Shown here one piece after another: positions 1 through 11,643 of a stretch of 64,000 bases of DNA (the first letter of the stretch is position 1; the number at the start of each line of letters is the position of its first letter). Where the stretch lies: assembly GCA_040954595.2 (NCBI GenBank), contig CM082576.2, forward strand, positions 19,081,028-19,145,027, read 5' to 3'. The position numbers and the translations under genes are program-made. Origin of the DNA: Balanoglossus misakiensis (Eukaryota > Animalia > Hemichordata). The notes beneath the pieces are model-generated. The model was given only the letters and a program-made list of their open reading frames with translations. It was not told the DNA's origin and ran no database searches.

Positions 1-457
1 GACGATGTCATGTGGTTAACATTGAGTGACCAATTAGCTTACACGCAAGATTTACCACACGTGTCGTTCTACGAACAGAATTCTGTTCGTAAATAGAGAC
101 TGTCCCCGGGCGTTTCTTTTCCCCGACGCCCTGGTCTCCAGGCTATGACAATCTCGCTGATAGGCGCAGCTGGAATTTATGTTTCTGTGGTATGATTATT
201 GTATTTTATCAATGCACAATCACGATGGGCGAGTTTCAAGCAAGCAATTGGATTCGCTTCAATCCCTCACTAAAATCTAGACTGCACCACTGTATAATAA
301 CACAATACAGTCTTCTAGCCTCATGGTATAAACAGGAACTCTTGTCTGCTGGACATCCGGGTACTTTGGTCTACTGAGTGAACGCGTTACGTATAGAGGT
401 AGCGCAAAGTGAAAACCTATTTAAGGCAGCCACAACAATCAGTGTTGACGTACATAC

Positions 458-560
458 AATCTGACTAAAATCGCAGTTGGTATGACGACAGCATACTAAT
501 AATACTGTACCACATAAGTAAAAGACGTCGTCGTACCATACATCTGATTTTATTCAGATT
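458..560. mobile_element. Degenerate short palindromic MITE-like element (same family as 822-930)
   Basis: Begins AATCTGACTAAAATC and ends CATCTGATTTTATTCAGATT. The ends are inverted copies of each other and match the cleaner copy at 822-930. The interior is decayed. Confidence 0.55.
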
Positions 561-576
561 ACTGCATATTTGCATA

Positions 577-787
577 TACTGTGAAACAAGTTATTTTCGC
601 GAGCAATACATTTTCGCGAGATACGTGAGAGCCAAAATGGTATGAAAATAAGAGGTCGCATAATTATTTTTGAAGATAACGATGCAGTGAATGAAATAAG
701 AGAACGCGAAAATTAATACTCGCGAAACAGTAGCCTCTCTCGATATCGTGAAAATTTCAACTCGCTAAAATAAAGTGTTTTACAGTA
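577..787. mobile_element. MITE with ~25-bp TIRs flanked by TA
   Basis: TA|CTGTGAAACAAGTTATTTTCGCGAG ... CTCGCTAAAATAAAGTGTTTTACAG|TA, with 21/25 inverted match. Internal TTTTCGCGA / CGCGAAAA subterminal motifs. The TA flanks fit a TA-specific DDE superfamily, but the superfamily is not assigned. Confidence 0.75.
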
Positions 788-821
788 GTTTATGTATGTA
801 AAGTGTTCCTGATGTTAACAC

Positions 822-930
822 AATCTGATTAAAATCAGATGTAGGCCTAGGGAATGGCGACGTAGTTTTTTGATGCTGCGACAGCATAAAAAACACGTCG
901 CCGTTCCCTACATCTGATTTTAATCAGATT
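822..930. mobile_element. Near-perfect ~110-bp palindromic MITE-like element
   Basis: AATCTGATTAAAATCAGATGTAG(GCCTAG)GGAATGGCGACGT ... ACGTCGCCGTTCCCTACATCTGATTTTAATCAGATT folds along its whole length. It is flanked by GTTAACA on both sides, and a second copy lies at 458-560. Confidence 0.7.
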
Positions 931-938
931 AGCGTTAA

Positions 939-985
939 CATAACTTTATCAGAATAAGTTAACGCCATAACTTTGACAGAATAAG
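939..985 (+). repeat. Two-copy short direct repeat
   Basis: CATAACTTTATCAGAATAAG and CATAACTTTGACAGAATAAG, about 27 bp apart. Confidence 0.6.
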
Positions 986-3900
986 AGTTGCCTCAAACGG
1001 CTCTAACCGAATTTCCATTAATAGCAGAACAAACAAGCTGTAATCAATACGCCAACCTTTAAAATATTACTTTAGAAAGTTTGTATTCATACTTTCTTCA
1101 AGTTGTCATAACGCTAACCCGAAATGTGTTTTAGTATTGCCTTTGTATTAATGGGCTAGATTCATGGCGTTATATGTCATAAATTAAAAAGACAACCCTT
1201 ATTGTTTTTGATAATATTTATGTCGGAGAATCCACAATGAAAAATATGTATTTTCAATTTCATAACTCAAAATAATTTCCAAATCCATGACCTTATTTTC
1301 AACTCCAGTGATCGTACATCCTGAACCTTGTTCCAGTAAATGATTGGTCATTACAGGGTTAATGGGCACTCTCCCGTTCTCTTCCTCCGCAGTTTCATTC
1401 ATGTTCTTGTTTGACGGAAATGGGTGTGACCAGACGATTGAATGTTTTCATGTGGGTTGAGTTGTTCATCGGGAACGGCCTCCTGGTGTGTCTGTACAGG
1501 TACGCAAGGAGAAACTGCCCACAAGAAGCTGCGAGTGAAACTATTTAAGGTAGTATGTGCCTCGCGGTCCGAGATTCAGACAAATGATAGTCCTCAAAAC
1601 TTTTTCAAGTAATTGATTTACTAAAGTGTGTGGTGAGTCTCTTTGAAAACAACAACAATATTACTCATCATATTGTAATTTTTTGAAACTATAAAATGAA
1701 GTTGACAATGCACCAAACAGATTCTATTTATTTCTTCATGACCATGTTCACCCCAAGGTCATATGGACCTGCAAGTATATGCCAGAGCCAGAGACGACAT
1801 TACCGAAGCCAGAGTTTAAAGCTTACAGGTCACCCCTTGCCAGCTCATGACTAACTAAACTGCCATGGATGCCAAGAGATATATGACTACGGTAACCTGT
1901 AGATGGTTTCAGTATGTTTGAAGAAAGTGGTGGCGCACTTTTGGCTACATTTGAAATGGCTATGGTACCAGTGGTTGAATTTGCAAAGGTGACCTTTGAC
2001 CTGGCATCTTTAAAGATATTAAAGAACGATTTACCATTCCTTGTTGTCGTAAAATGACATCTGTAATAACTTATATTTTATCTGTTCATCTTGAAGTACT
2101 ATATATTTAAACGCCAATTTTCCATTGCCAATCAAGTTTTTACAAATAAATTGTAATATGCATGTTGATTTTACAAAAACTCCTTACTTCCAAGTGAATT
2201 CTGTTACACATCACGTAACTATTTTCCCCACGAATTCTTCAGTTGCTAACTCGGAAATTTCATATATTGGGCAGAAATTGGATACATTACCCAGCCATTA
2301 AAATTACAGTTTTCTATTTTGATTGATCGTCCATAACTTCAAGTACTTTGACTTGACATACATTAAAAACATCATGGTGAATAAATAAAAATTATTTGAT
2401 TATCTAATTGTGCATGTTTACATGGTTTTATTTTAGTATGCTGGGTACTTAATGTCTAATGGCTCCCTGATTTTATACTGTTCAAGATGACAATCTAATT
2501 TTAGTTTTCAGCTGATAATTGAAATCAATGATTCAAAAAAATTGAATTTTGACATGAATAAACTTCTTGTTCATGGCAGTTGCTGTGTTTTGTTTCATTT
2601 GTATTCAATTTTTGCAAGCATACCATTGAGCACAGTTTGATTTGATTAAACACGTTTATCGGAAAATTTTGTCATTTGAAATATCTGTTTTTGCGCCCTC
2701 TACCATTTGACCAAATGATTCTCTTATTTTGGTGGCCTTTGTCTGTGTATATGAGAATACTATAGTACTCTCGCATCGATCATAGTAGAAGTTGAAAACG
2801 TCTCTTGCCACGTGGCCTGGAAGAAAGGCGATCTTTAGAGTAAAAAAAACAAACTATCCAGATAGGAAGCTAGAAAAGAAGTTGAATCGTTGAAATTTTA
2901 TTTATTTTATATTGTTAATATCGTTGGTGATGTTGACTGGCCGACAATCTTTGTCACACGAGTCTTTTCAGGCAGATTAAAACATTGCCTATTCCAGCAA
3001 TAATCACAACAGGAGTGTGTCACACAGGAGACAGTTGGGATTATAGTCATAATCTACCTTAGTTTGTTGTCAACAACCAGATGTGGTCGCATTCCGTGCA
3101 TCCGTGCATATTTTGGAACAACGACTCTATCGAACAGACGTATTTCAAACACCTTGGAGAAAAACATCGATGACCAGTGGAATTGACTGTCGCTTGAAAT
3201 CCGATAGGAATACACCTGTTTACGGTGGACGATACCGACACTCCTCTGCTAACTTAATCTGCTCTGCTAACTATACCTGCTTTGATTAAGTTGCGTCTAA
3301 AACTTTCCTTACAATACAATGTGGGTCTCGACTGTCCCAACTATAGCGACGACAGCCTCGGTATGTTTCGCCGATAGCAATCCGGAGATGAAATTTGCAT
3401 ACAGCAATATCTTTCAAGATAAATAATTTATGTCCTAAAGGTATTACTTTTAGTGGTCTGACGGAGACGTTTTCTGCTGTAACATGCAAAACCTGCGGCG
3501 GACCTGAGGTCATGTTGCGAACACTGTAGTTTTGTTACGCCCGCCATCCTTCGGACGTTTACCTCATCGGGGCTTCTTTGGGGAATCAGCCACGTCCGAA
3601 GGGTGAGAGTGTAAATTCTCTCCCTCTCCTTCTCCACCCAACATATTCATAGAGTCAGAGAGAGGTACCCGGCATATCGTAAACTTAACGAGAGGCATAA
3701 CGAGACTTTCAACAAGTTTTCCGAGTAACACAAATAGTTCTGGTTTATTACTGGTCACACGTAAGAATTACACGACTCTATCCATGCTCGTTGACTCCCG
3801 TCACGGATCTCCGGTGATAATAATGTGATATCAAATTTCATCACCTCTTATTAATACGTTAGTCAAGTATTATGTCATAAAAGGAACACGTCATCTTAAT

Positions 3901-3991
3901 ATTTCTTAAACATGAACTTAGCGCGTGATATCTCTATCTCGTTCTGACATGTATCAATTACACAATCTTGTTTACTCTGAGTGAAGTACCT

Positions 3992-5340
3992 ATTTTTTTT
4001 GATGATTTTCACCGGTTTTTTTTTTCAAAAATCGACGAACCCATGATTTTTTTCAAAATCGACGAAATTTTGAGATTTTGCAGTCGAAAATTTGTCATTT
4101 TGTTGATTTTCACCCATGTTTTTTTTAAACAATCGACGAACCCATGATTTTTTTTCAAAATCGACGAACTTTTGAGATTTGGAAAATCGAAAATTTGTCA
4201 TTTTTTGATGATTTTCACCCATGATTTTTTTACAAAAATCGACGAACCCATGATTTTTTTCAAAATCGACGAAATTTTGAGGTTTTGCAAAGTCGAAAAT
4301 GTTTCATTTTTTGATGATTTTCACCATGTTTTTTTTTAAAAATCAACGAACCCATGATTTTTTTCAAAATCGACGAAATTTTGAAATTTTGCAGTCGAAA
4401 ATTTGTAAATTTTTGATGATTTTCACCCGTGTTTTTTTAAAAAATCAACGAACCCATGATTTTTTTCAAAATCGACGAAATTTTGAGATTTTGCAAAGTC
4501 GAAAATTCACCCATGTTTTTTTTCAAAAATCGACGAACCCATAATTTTTTTCAAAATCGACGAAATTTTGAGATTTTGCAAAATCAAAAATTTGTCATTT
4601 TTTGATGATTTTCACCATGATTTTTTTCAAAAATCGACCAAATTTTGAGATTTTGCAGTCGAAAATTTGTAATTTTTTGATGATTTTCACCCATGTTTTT
4701 TTTTCAAAAATCGACGAACCCATGATTTTTTTCGAAATCGACGAAATTTTGAGATTTTGCATTCGAAAATTTGTCATTTTTTGATGATTTTCACCCATGA
4801 TTTTTTTCAAAAATCGACGAACCCATAATTTTTTTCAAAATCGACGAAATTTTGAGATTTCGCAAAGTTGAAAATTTGACATTTGTTGATGATTTTCATG
4901 AGGTATAGCCCATGATTTTTTTTTTCAAAAATCGACGAAATTTTGAGATTTGCAAAGTCGAACATTGGTCATTTTGATGATTTTCACCCATTTTTTTTTT
5001 CAAAAATCGACGAACCCATGATTTTTTTTCAAAATCGACGAAATTTTGAGATTTTGCAAAGTCGAAATTTGTAATTTTTTGATGATTTTCATCCATGTTT
5101 TTTTTCACAATTCAACGAACCCATGATTGTTTTCAAAATCGACGAAATTTTGAGATTTTGCAAGAACCCATGATTTTTTTCAAATTCGACGAAATTTTGA
5201 GATTTTGCAAAGTCGAAAATTTGTCATTTTTTGATGATTTTCATCCATGTTTTTTTTTCAAAATTCAACGAACCCATGATTTTTTTCAAAATCGACGAAA
5301 TTTTGAGATTTTGCAAGAACCCATGATTTTTTTCAAAATC
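3992..5340 (-). repeat. 78-bp satellite, reverse orientation, rich in ~29-bp short monomers
   Basis: Tandem GATTTTCACCCATGATTTTTTTCAAAAATCGACGAAATTTTGAGATTTTGCAAAGTCGAAAATTTGTCATTTTTTGAT. Starts abruptly after unique DNA. Confidence 0.95.
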
Positions 5341-8300
5341 TCAAAATTTCTTCGATTTTGAATAAAATCATGGGTTCGTCGATTTTTGAAAAAAAACATG
5401 GGAGAAAATCTTCAAAAAATGGGAATTTTGTCGATTTTTGAAAAAAAAAATCATGGGTGAAAATCATCAAAAAATGACAAATTTTCGACTTTGCAAAATC
5501 TCAAAATTTCGTCGATTTTTGAGAAAAATCATGGGTGAAAATCATCAAAAAATGACAAATTTTCGACTTTGCAAAATCTCAAAATTTCGTCGATTTTTGA
5601 AAAAAAACATGGATGAAAATCATCGAAAAATGACAAATTTTCGACTGCAAAATCTCAAAATTTCGTCGATTTTTGAGAAAAATCATGGGTGAAAATCATC
5701 AAAAAATGACAAATTTTCGACTTTGCAAAATCTCAAAATTTCGTCGATTTTTGAAAAAAAACATGGATGAAAATCATCGAAAAATGACAAATTTTCGACT
5801 GCAAAATCTCAAAATTTTGTCGATTTTGAAAAAAGTATGGGTTCGTCGATTTTTAAAAAAAATCATGGGTGAAAATCATCAAAAAATGACAAATTTTCGA
5901 CTTTGCAAGAACTTCGAGATTTTCGTCGATTTTTGAAAAATCGTGGGGGGGGGGGAAATCATAAAAAAATGACAAATTTTCGACTTTGCAAAATCTCAAT
6001 ATATCGTCGATTTTGGAAAAAAAAACATGGGTTCGTCGAAAAAAAACATGGGTGAAAATCATCAAAAAATGACAAATTTTCGACTTTGCAAAATCTCAAA
6101 AGTCCGTCGATTTTGAAAAAAAAACATGGGTGAAAATCTTCAAAAAATGACAAATTTTCGACTTTGCAAAAACTCAAAATTTCGTCGATTTTTGAAAAAA
6201 AATGGGTGAAAATCATCAAAAATGACAAAGTTTCGACTTTGCAAAATCTCAAAATTTCATCGATTTCTGAAAAAAATCATAGGGGAAAATCATCAAAAAA
6301 TGACAAATTTTCGACTGCAAAATCTTAAAATTTCGTCAATTTTTGAAAAAAATCATGGGTAAAAATCATCAATAAATGAAAAATTTTCGACTTTGCAAAA
6401 TCTCAAAATTTCGTCGATTTTTGAAAAAAATCATGGGTGAAAATCATCAAAAAATGACAAATTTTCGACTTTGCAAAATTTTCAAAAATTCGTCGATTTT
6501 TGAAAAAAAAATGGGTTATAGCTTATGAAAGTCATCAACAAATGACAAATTTTCGACTGCAAAATCTTAAAATTTCGTCGATTTTTGAAAAAAAAACATG
6601 GATGAAAATCATCAAAAAATGACAAATTTTCGACTTTGCAAGAACTTCGAGATTTTCGTCGATTTTTGAAAAAAAAAATCGTGGGGGGGGGGGGGGAAAT
6701 CATAAAAAAATGACAAATTTTCGACTTTGCAAAATCTCAAGATATCGTCGATTTTGGAAAAAAAAACATGGGTTCGTCGAAAAAAAAACATGGGTGAAAA
6801 TCATCAAAAAATGACAAATTTTCGACTTTGCAAAATCTCAAAAGTCCGTTGATTTTGAAAAAAAAACATGGGTGAAAATCTTCAAAAAATGACAAATTTT
6901 CGACTTTGCAAAAACTCAAAATTTCGTCGATTTTTGAAAAAAAATGGGTGAAAATCATCAAAAATGACAAAGTTTCGACTTTGCAAAATCTCAAAATTTC
7001 ATCGATTTCTGAAAAAAATCATAGGGGAAAATCATCAAAAAATGACAAATTTTCGACTGCACAATCTTAAAATTTCGTCAATTTTTGAAAAAAAATCATG
7101 GGTAAAAATCATCAATAAATGAAAAATTTTCGACTTTGCAAAATCTCAAAATTTCGTCGATTTTTGAAAAAAATCATGGGTGAAAATCATCAAAAAATGA
7201 CAAATTTTCGACTTTGCAAAATCTCAAAATTTCGTCGATTTTTGAAAAAAAACATGGATGAAAATCATCGAAAAATGACAAATTTTCGACTGCAAAATCT
7301 CAAAATTTTGTCGATTTTGAAAAAAGTATGGGTTCGTCGATTTTTAAAAAAAATCATGGGTGAAAATCATCAAAAAATGACAAATTTTCGACTTTGCAAG
7401 AACTTCGAGATTTTCGTCGATTTTTGAAAAATCGTGGGGGGGGGGGGGGGAAATCATAAAAAAATGACAAATTTTCGACTTTGCAAAATCTCAATATATC
7501 GTCGATTTTGGAAAAAAAAACATGGGTTCGTCGAAAAAAAACATGGGTGAAAATCATCAAAAAATGACAAATTTTCGACTTTGCAAAATCTCAAAAGTCC
7601 GTCGATTTTGAAAAAAAAACATGGGTGAAAATCTTCAAAAAATGACAAATTTTCGACTTTGCAAAAACTCAAAATTTCGTCGATTTTTGAAAAAAAATGG
7701 GTGAAAATCATCAAAAATGACAAAGTTTCGACTTTGCAAAATCTCAAAATTTCATCGATTTCTGAAAAAAATCATAGGGGAAAATCATCAAAAAATGACA
7801 AATTTTCGACTGCAAAATCTTAAAATTTCGTCAATTTTTGAAAAAAATCATGGGTAAAAATCATCAATAAATGAAAAATTTTCGACTTTGCAAAATCTCA
7901 AAATTTCGTCGATTTTTGAAAAAAATCATGGGTGAAAATCATCAAAAAATGACAAATTTTCGACTTTGCAAAATTTTCAAAAATTCGTCGATTTTTGAAA
8001 AAAAAATGGGTTATAGCTTATGAAAGTCATCAACAAATGACAAATTTTCGACTGCAAAATCTTAAAATTTCGTCGATTTTTGAAAAAAAAACATGGATGA
8101 AAATCATCAAAAAATGACAAATTTTCGACTTTGCAAGAACTTCGAGATTTTCGTCGATTTTTGAAAAAAAAAATCGTGGGGGGGGGGGAAATCATAAAAA
8201 AATGACAAATTTTCGACTTTGCAAAATCTCAAGATATCGTCGATTTTGGAAAAAAAAACATGGGTTCGTCGAAAAAAAAACATGGGTGAAAATCATCAAA

Positions 8301-9633
8301 AAATGACAAATTTTCGACTTTGCAAAATCTCAAAAGTCCGTTGATTTTGAAAAAAAACATGGGTGAAAATCTTCAAAAAATGACAAATTTTCGACTTTGC
8401 AAAAACTCAAAATTTCGTCGATTTTTGAAAAAAAATGGGTGAAAATCATCAAAAATGACAAAGTTTCGACTTTGCAAAATCTCAAAATTTCATCGATTTC
8501 TGAAAAAAATCATAGGGGAAAATCATCAAAAAATGACAAATTTTCGACTGCACAATCTTAAAATTTCGTCAATTTTTGAAAAAAAATCATGGGTAAAAAT
8601 CATCAATAAATGAAAAATTTTCGACTTTGCAAAATCTAAAAATTTCGTCGATTTTTGAAAAAAATCATGGGTGAAAATCATCAAAAAATGACAAATTTTC
8701 GACTTTGCAAAATTTTCAAAAATTCGTTGATTTTTGAAAAAAAAATGGGTTATAGCTTATGAAAATCATCAACAAATGACAAATTTTCGACTTTGCAAAA
8801 TCTCAAAATTTCGTCGATTTTGAAAAAAATCATGGTTTCGTCGATTTTTGAAAAAAAACATGGGTGAAAATCTTCAAAAAATGACAAATTTTCGACTTTG
8901 CAAAAACTGAAAATTTCGTCGATTTTTGAAAAAAATAATGGGTGAAAATCATCAAAAAAGACAAAGTTTCGACTTTGCAAAATCTCAAAATTTCGTCGAT
9001 TTCTGAAAAAAATCATGGGTAAAATCGTCAAAAAAATGACAGATTTTCGACAGCAAAATCTTAAAATTTCGTCAATTTTTGAAAAAAAATCATGGGTAAA
9101 AATCATCAAAAAATGACAAATTTTCGACTTTGCAAAATCTCAAAATTTCGTTAATTTTTGAAAAAAAAATCGTGGGGGGGGGGGGGGGAAATCATAAAAA
9201 AAATGACAAATTTTCGACTTTGCAAAATTTTGAAAAATTCGTCGATTTTAAAAAAAAAAACATGGGTTCGTCCATTTTTGAAAAAAAAAACATGGGTGAA
9301 AATCATCAACAAATGACAAATGTTCAACTTTGCAAAATCTCAAAATTTCGTCGATTTTTGAAAAAAAAAATCGTGGGGGGAGGGAAATCATCAAAAAAAT
9401 GACAAATTTTCGACTTTGCAAAATTTTCAAAAATTCGTCGATTTTTGAAAAAAAAAACATGGGTTCGTCCATTTTTGAAAAAAAAAAACATGGGTGAAAA
9501 TCATCAACAAATGACAAATGTTCAACTTTGCAAAATCTCAAAATATTGTCGATTTTTGAAAAAAAACATGGGTTCGTCGATTTTTGAAAAAAAAAAAACA
9601 TGGGTGAAAATCGTCAAAACATGACACATTTTT
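5334..9633 (+). repeat. 78-bp satellite, forward, variant set A, with ~745/1495-bp higher-order repeat
   Basis: Diagnostic variants GGGTTATAGCTTATG, GCAAGAACTTCGAG, AAAGTCCG and poly-G recur. Identical ORF-track translations are offset by 1495 bp (5959/7454, 6482/7977). Confidence 0.95.
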
Positions 9634-10958
9634 ATCGTGGCCCCTACACGTCAATTTTAATTTATTATTTTGAAAGTTAAACTTTAATTTTAGATAGACA
9701 ATATCTTTTCCCAAGAAGTAAACTTTAATTTTGGTGGCGGCAACTAATTTTGATGGACAAAACTTTTTGATTTTGACAATAAAACTTTAATTTTAATTAT
9801 CACAAATTTTATTTTAGAGAACCAAATTTTATTTTTCGAAAGCAAATTTTATTTTTTCCAAGAATAATATTTTAATAAGGATTTATTTTGTCCAAAATAA
9901 ACAGTAACAACTTGAGATAAACTTATTCATACTACGTGGATTTTTTTTCAAAAAGGTATGTTTTAATTTTTAAAGAAAAAGTTCATTTTGTAAAATAACA
10001 AATTATTTTTCCCAGGTGAAAATATTTTACGGAGTTAAATTTTAATTTACATTTAAATAACCTTTAAACACTCGAGATAAAATTATATGTACTCGATGGA
10101 ATTATTTAACTTTTTAAAACAAAATGTTTTTATTGCTTAAGAAAAAACAAATATTTACTAATGTTACAAATTATTTTTCCCGGGTGAAAAGTTTATTTTA
10201 CAGGGATCAATTTAATTTATAACACACCATGCAGCGAACCCTCGATCGTGATTCGTCAATACGACGTCACGTGACCTTAGTCATTTCGAACTGTTGCCTT
10301 GGGCATCAGTTCGATAGGTTTGGTGTGTTATAAAACACATGATGGCTGACATATTCGGGCAACAGTGTATTTTTAATGACCTCGGGACTGCCAGTCACAC
10401 CAAAACAGTCTGTTTCCCTCGGGCTATGCCCTCGGGAAAACAAGACTGTTTTAGTTGTGACTAGCAGCACCCTCGGTCATCAAAATACACTGTTGCCCTC
10501 ATTGTCAGTCATCATGTGTATACTGATTTCTAGTAACACAACTTATGGGGTCGCTCTTTCTAATGCTACTGACAAACTTTTGTTATGAGGGCGCAATTCA
10601 GGTTTCGGCGTGCGAATTTCTTTTACATGCATGACAAAATATATTTTCAGAAAGCGAAATATTTTTTTCTTCGCGGCGGAAATGAAGCTATCCCACAATT
10701 CCCGTAAATGAGGACGTTACAGGAGTGCATAAATCCAACAAACACATGAGATGGCTATCTATCCACAGTGCAATGTTTACAGATTGTATCTACTATACTA
10801 CGACCCGGGCAGACAAATCCGGACAATCTCGCCGACGTATCGTAGACCTTTGAATGACGCTGTCGATCAAATTGAATACAAGATCTAGGGGAGTCGGTCC
10901 GTGGGAGAAATCGGCCAGGTGCGAACTTGGCTCGTAGGATCGTTTAAATTAAAGTCCT
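9634..10958. repeat. Arm A, copy 1 (putative right TIR of foldback element)
   Basis: Reverse complement of arm B (11644-12484), apart from the insert at 10216-10519 and an internal duplication. Ends AAAGTCCT followed by TTAA (10959-10962). Confidence 0.9.
10216..10519. mobile_element. Double-hairpin MITE-like insert in arm A, copy 1
   Basis: Hairpin 1 is TTTATAACACACCA...TGGTGTGTTATAAA (10216-10334). Hairpin 2 is ACACATGATGGCTGACA...TGTCAGTCATCATGTGT (10335-10519). Absent from the matching position of arm B. Confidence 0.75.
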
Positions 10959-10962
10959 TTAA

Positions 10963-11277
10963 ATTATGTTTCGTGTATGCTTCACATTTTACGTGTACAG
11001 TAAACCACAGTGCTGCTCTGTCCCTGTCCCTAGGCAGTTTGTGGAGTGACCGTGGTACAGTCGCCGCCGTTTAATCAGGACACCATGAGTTATATATAGC
11101 CGCTCTAGAAAACATGACCTCAGACAGGTCCCTCAGGACCGTGCCTCCAATTCAACGATCACGTAGATGGACGCGCTGCCGCTTATGAGGTCACCGGGGA
11201 GCTTTCCAAAGTGGTCGCGTGGAGCTGCTTCAGTCCGTCCTCGACGTGAAACACCCGAAATTGGAAGGGATAGCCGG
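10963..11277. other. 315-bp GC-rich non-palindromic spacer, copy 1
   Basis: The only long unpaired part of the cassette, bounded by TTAA on both sides. Same sequence and orientation in all four cassettes. Confidence 0.85.
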
Positions 11278-11281
11278 TTAA

Positions 11282-11629
11282 AGGGACAAAGTCTCTCTCT
11301 CGCTGGCCTTTTTCCATTAATTATGTTTGATACAAGACGCCGTTTATGTTATTCTACATGTGGATATATGGTGAATCAACATTCGACCACACACAACTTC
11401 CATCTCGTTTGTAGGATATAAGAGTAAAACCTCGCCCAAAATGAATAAATTGTAAAAAACAAATATTCATTATGGCGAGTTTTTTTCACTCTCCTGTCTA
11501 TAAGAGGTATGGAAGTTGTGTGTGGTTGAATGTTCATTCACTATGTATCCACATGTAGAATAACAAACGCTGTCTTTTATCAAATATAATTAATGGCAAA
11601 AAGGGCAGCGAGAGAGAGACTTTGTCCCT
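11282..11629. mobile_element. Kolobok/T2-type MITE (348 bp, palindromic, TTAA TSD), copy 1
   Basis: TTAA|AGGGACAAAGTCTCTCTCTCGCTG ... CAGCGAGAGAGAGACTTTGTCCCT|TTAA. Inverted symmetry continues to a loop at ~11455. A TTAA TSD with 5'-AGG (purine) termini is the Kolobok/T2-MITE signature, whereas piggyBac starts CCY. Confidence 0.85.
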
Positions 11630-11643
11630 TTAATCGAATTTAA

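Noticed and set aside
100-145. CCAGGCTA end with a small GGGCGT/ACGCCC hairpin, possibly the right end of a MITE
   Set aside because: The partner end would lie outside the window, so it cannot be verified.
1199-1500. Possible minus-strand terminal exon (67-aa ORF; pyrimidine tract and CAG near 1494)
   Set aside because: I recognise no homology, the reading frames close quickly, and there is no partner exon. RNA-seq would be needed.
1545-2010. TTAAGGTAGTATG possible Kolobok-like end and a TGACCTTTGACCT (DR1-like) motif at ~1990
   Set aside because: No convincing partner TIR was found and it is unrelated to arm B. Short nuclear-receptor-like motifs are common in repeats and not informative alone.
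2930-3800. GC-richer segment with short Cys-containing ORFs on both strands
   Set aside because: The ORFs are 60-75 aa, overlapping and show no identifiable family. It could be a decayed TE, but this cannot be supported without BLASTX.
11167-11421. 84-aa ORF MDALPLMRSPG..., identical in four copies
   Set aside because: It runs from the spacer across the TTAA into the palindromic MITE. Conservation reflects recent duplication, and I recognise no domain.
11278-11633. piggyBac assignment based on the TTAA TSD
   Set aside because: The termini are AGGG...CCCT rather than CCY...RGG, which fits Kolobok/T2 better.
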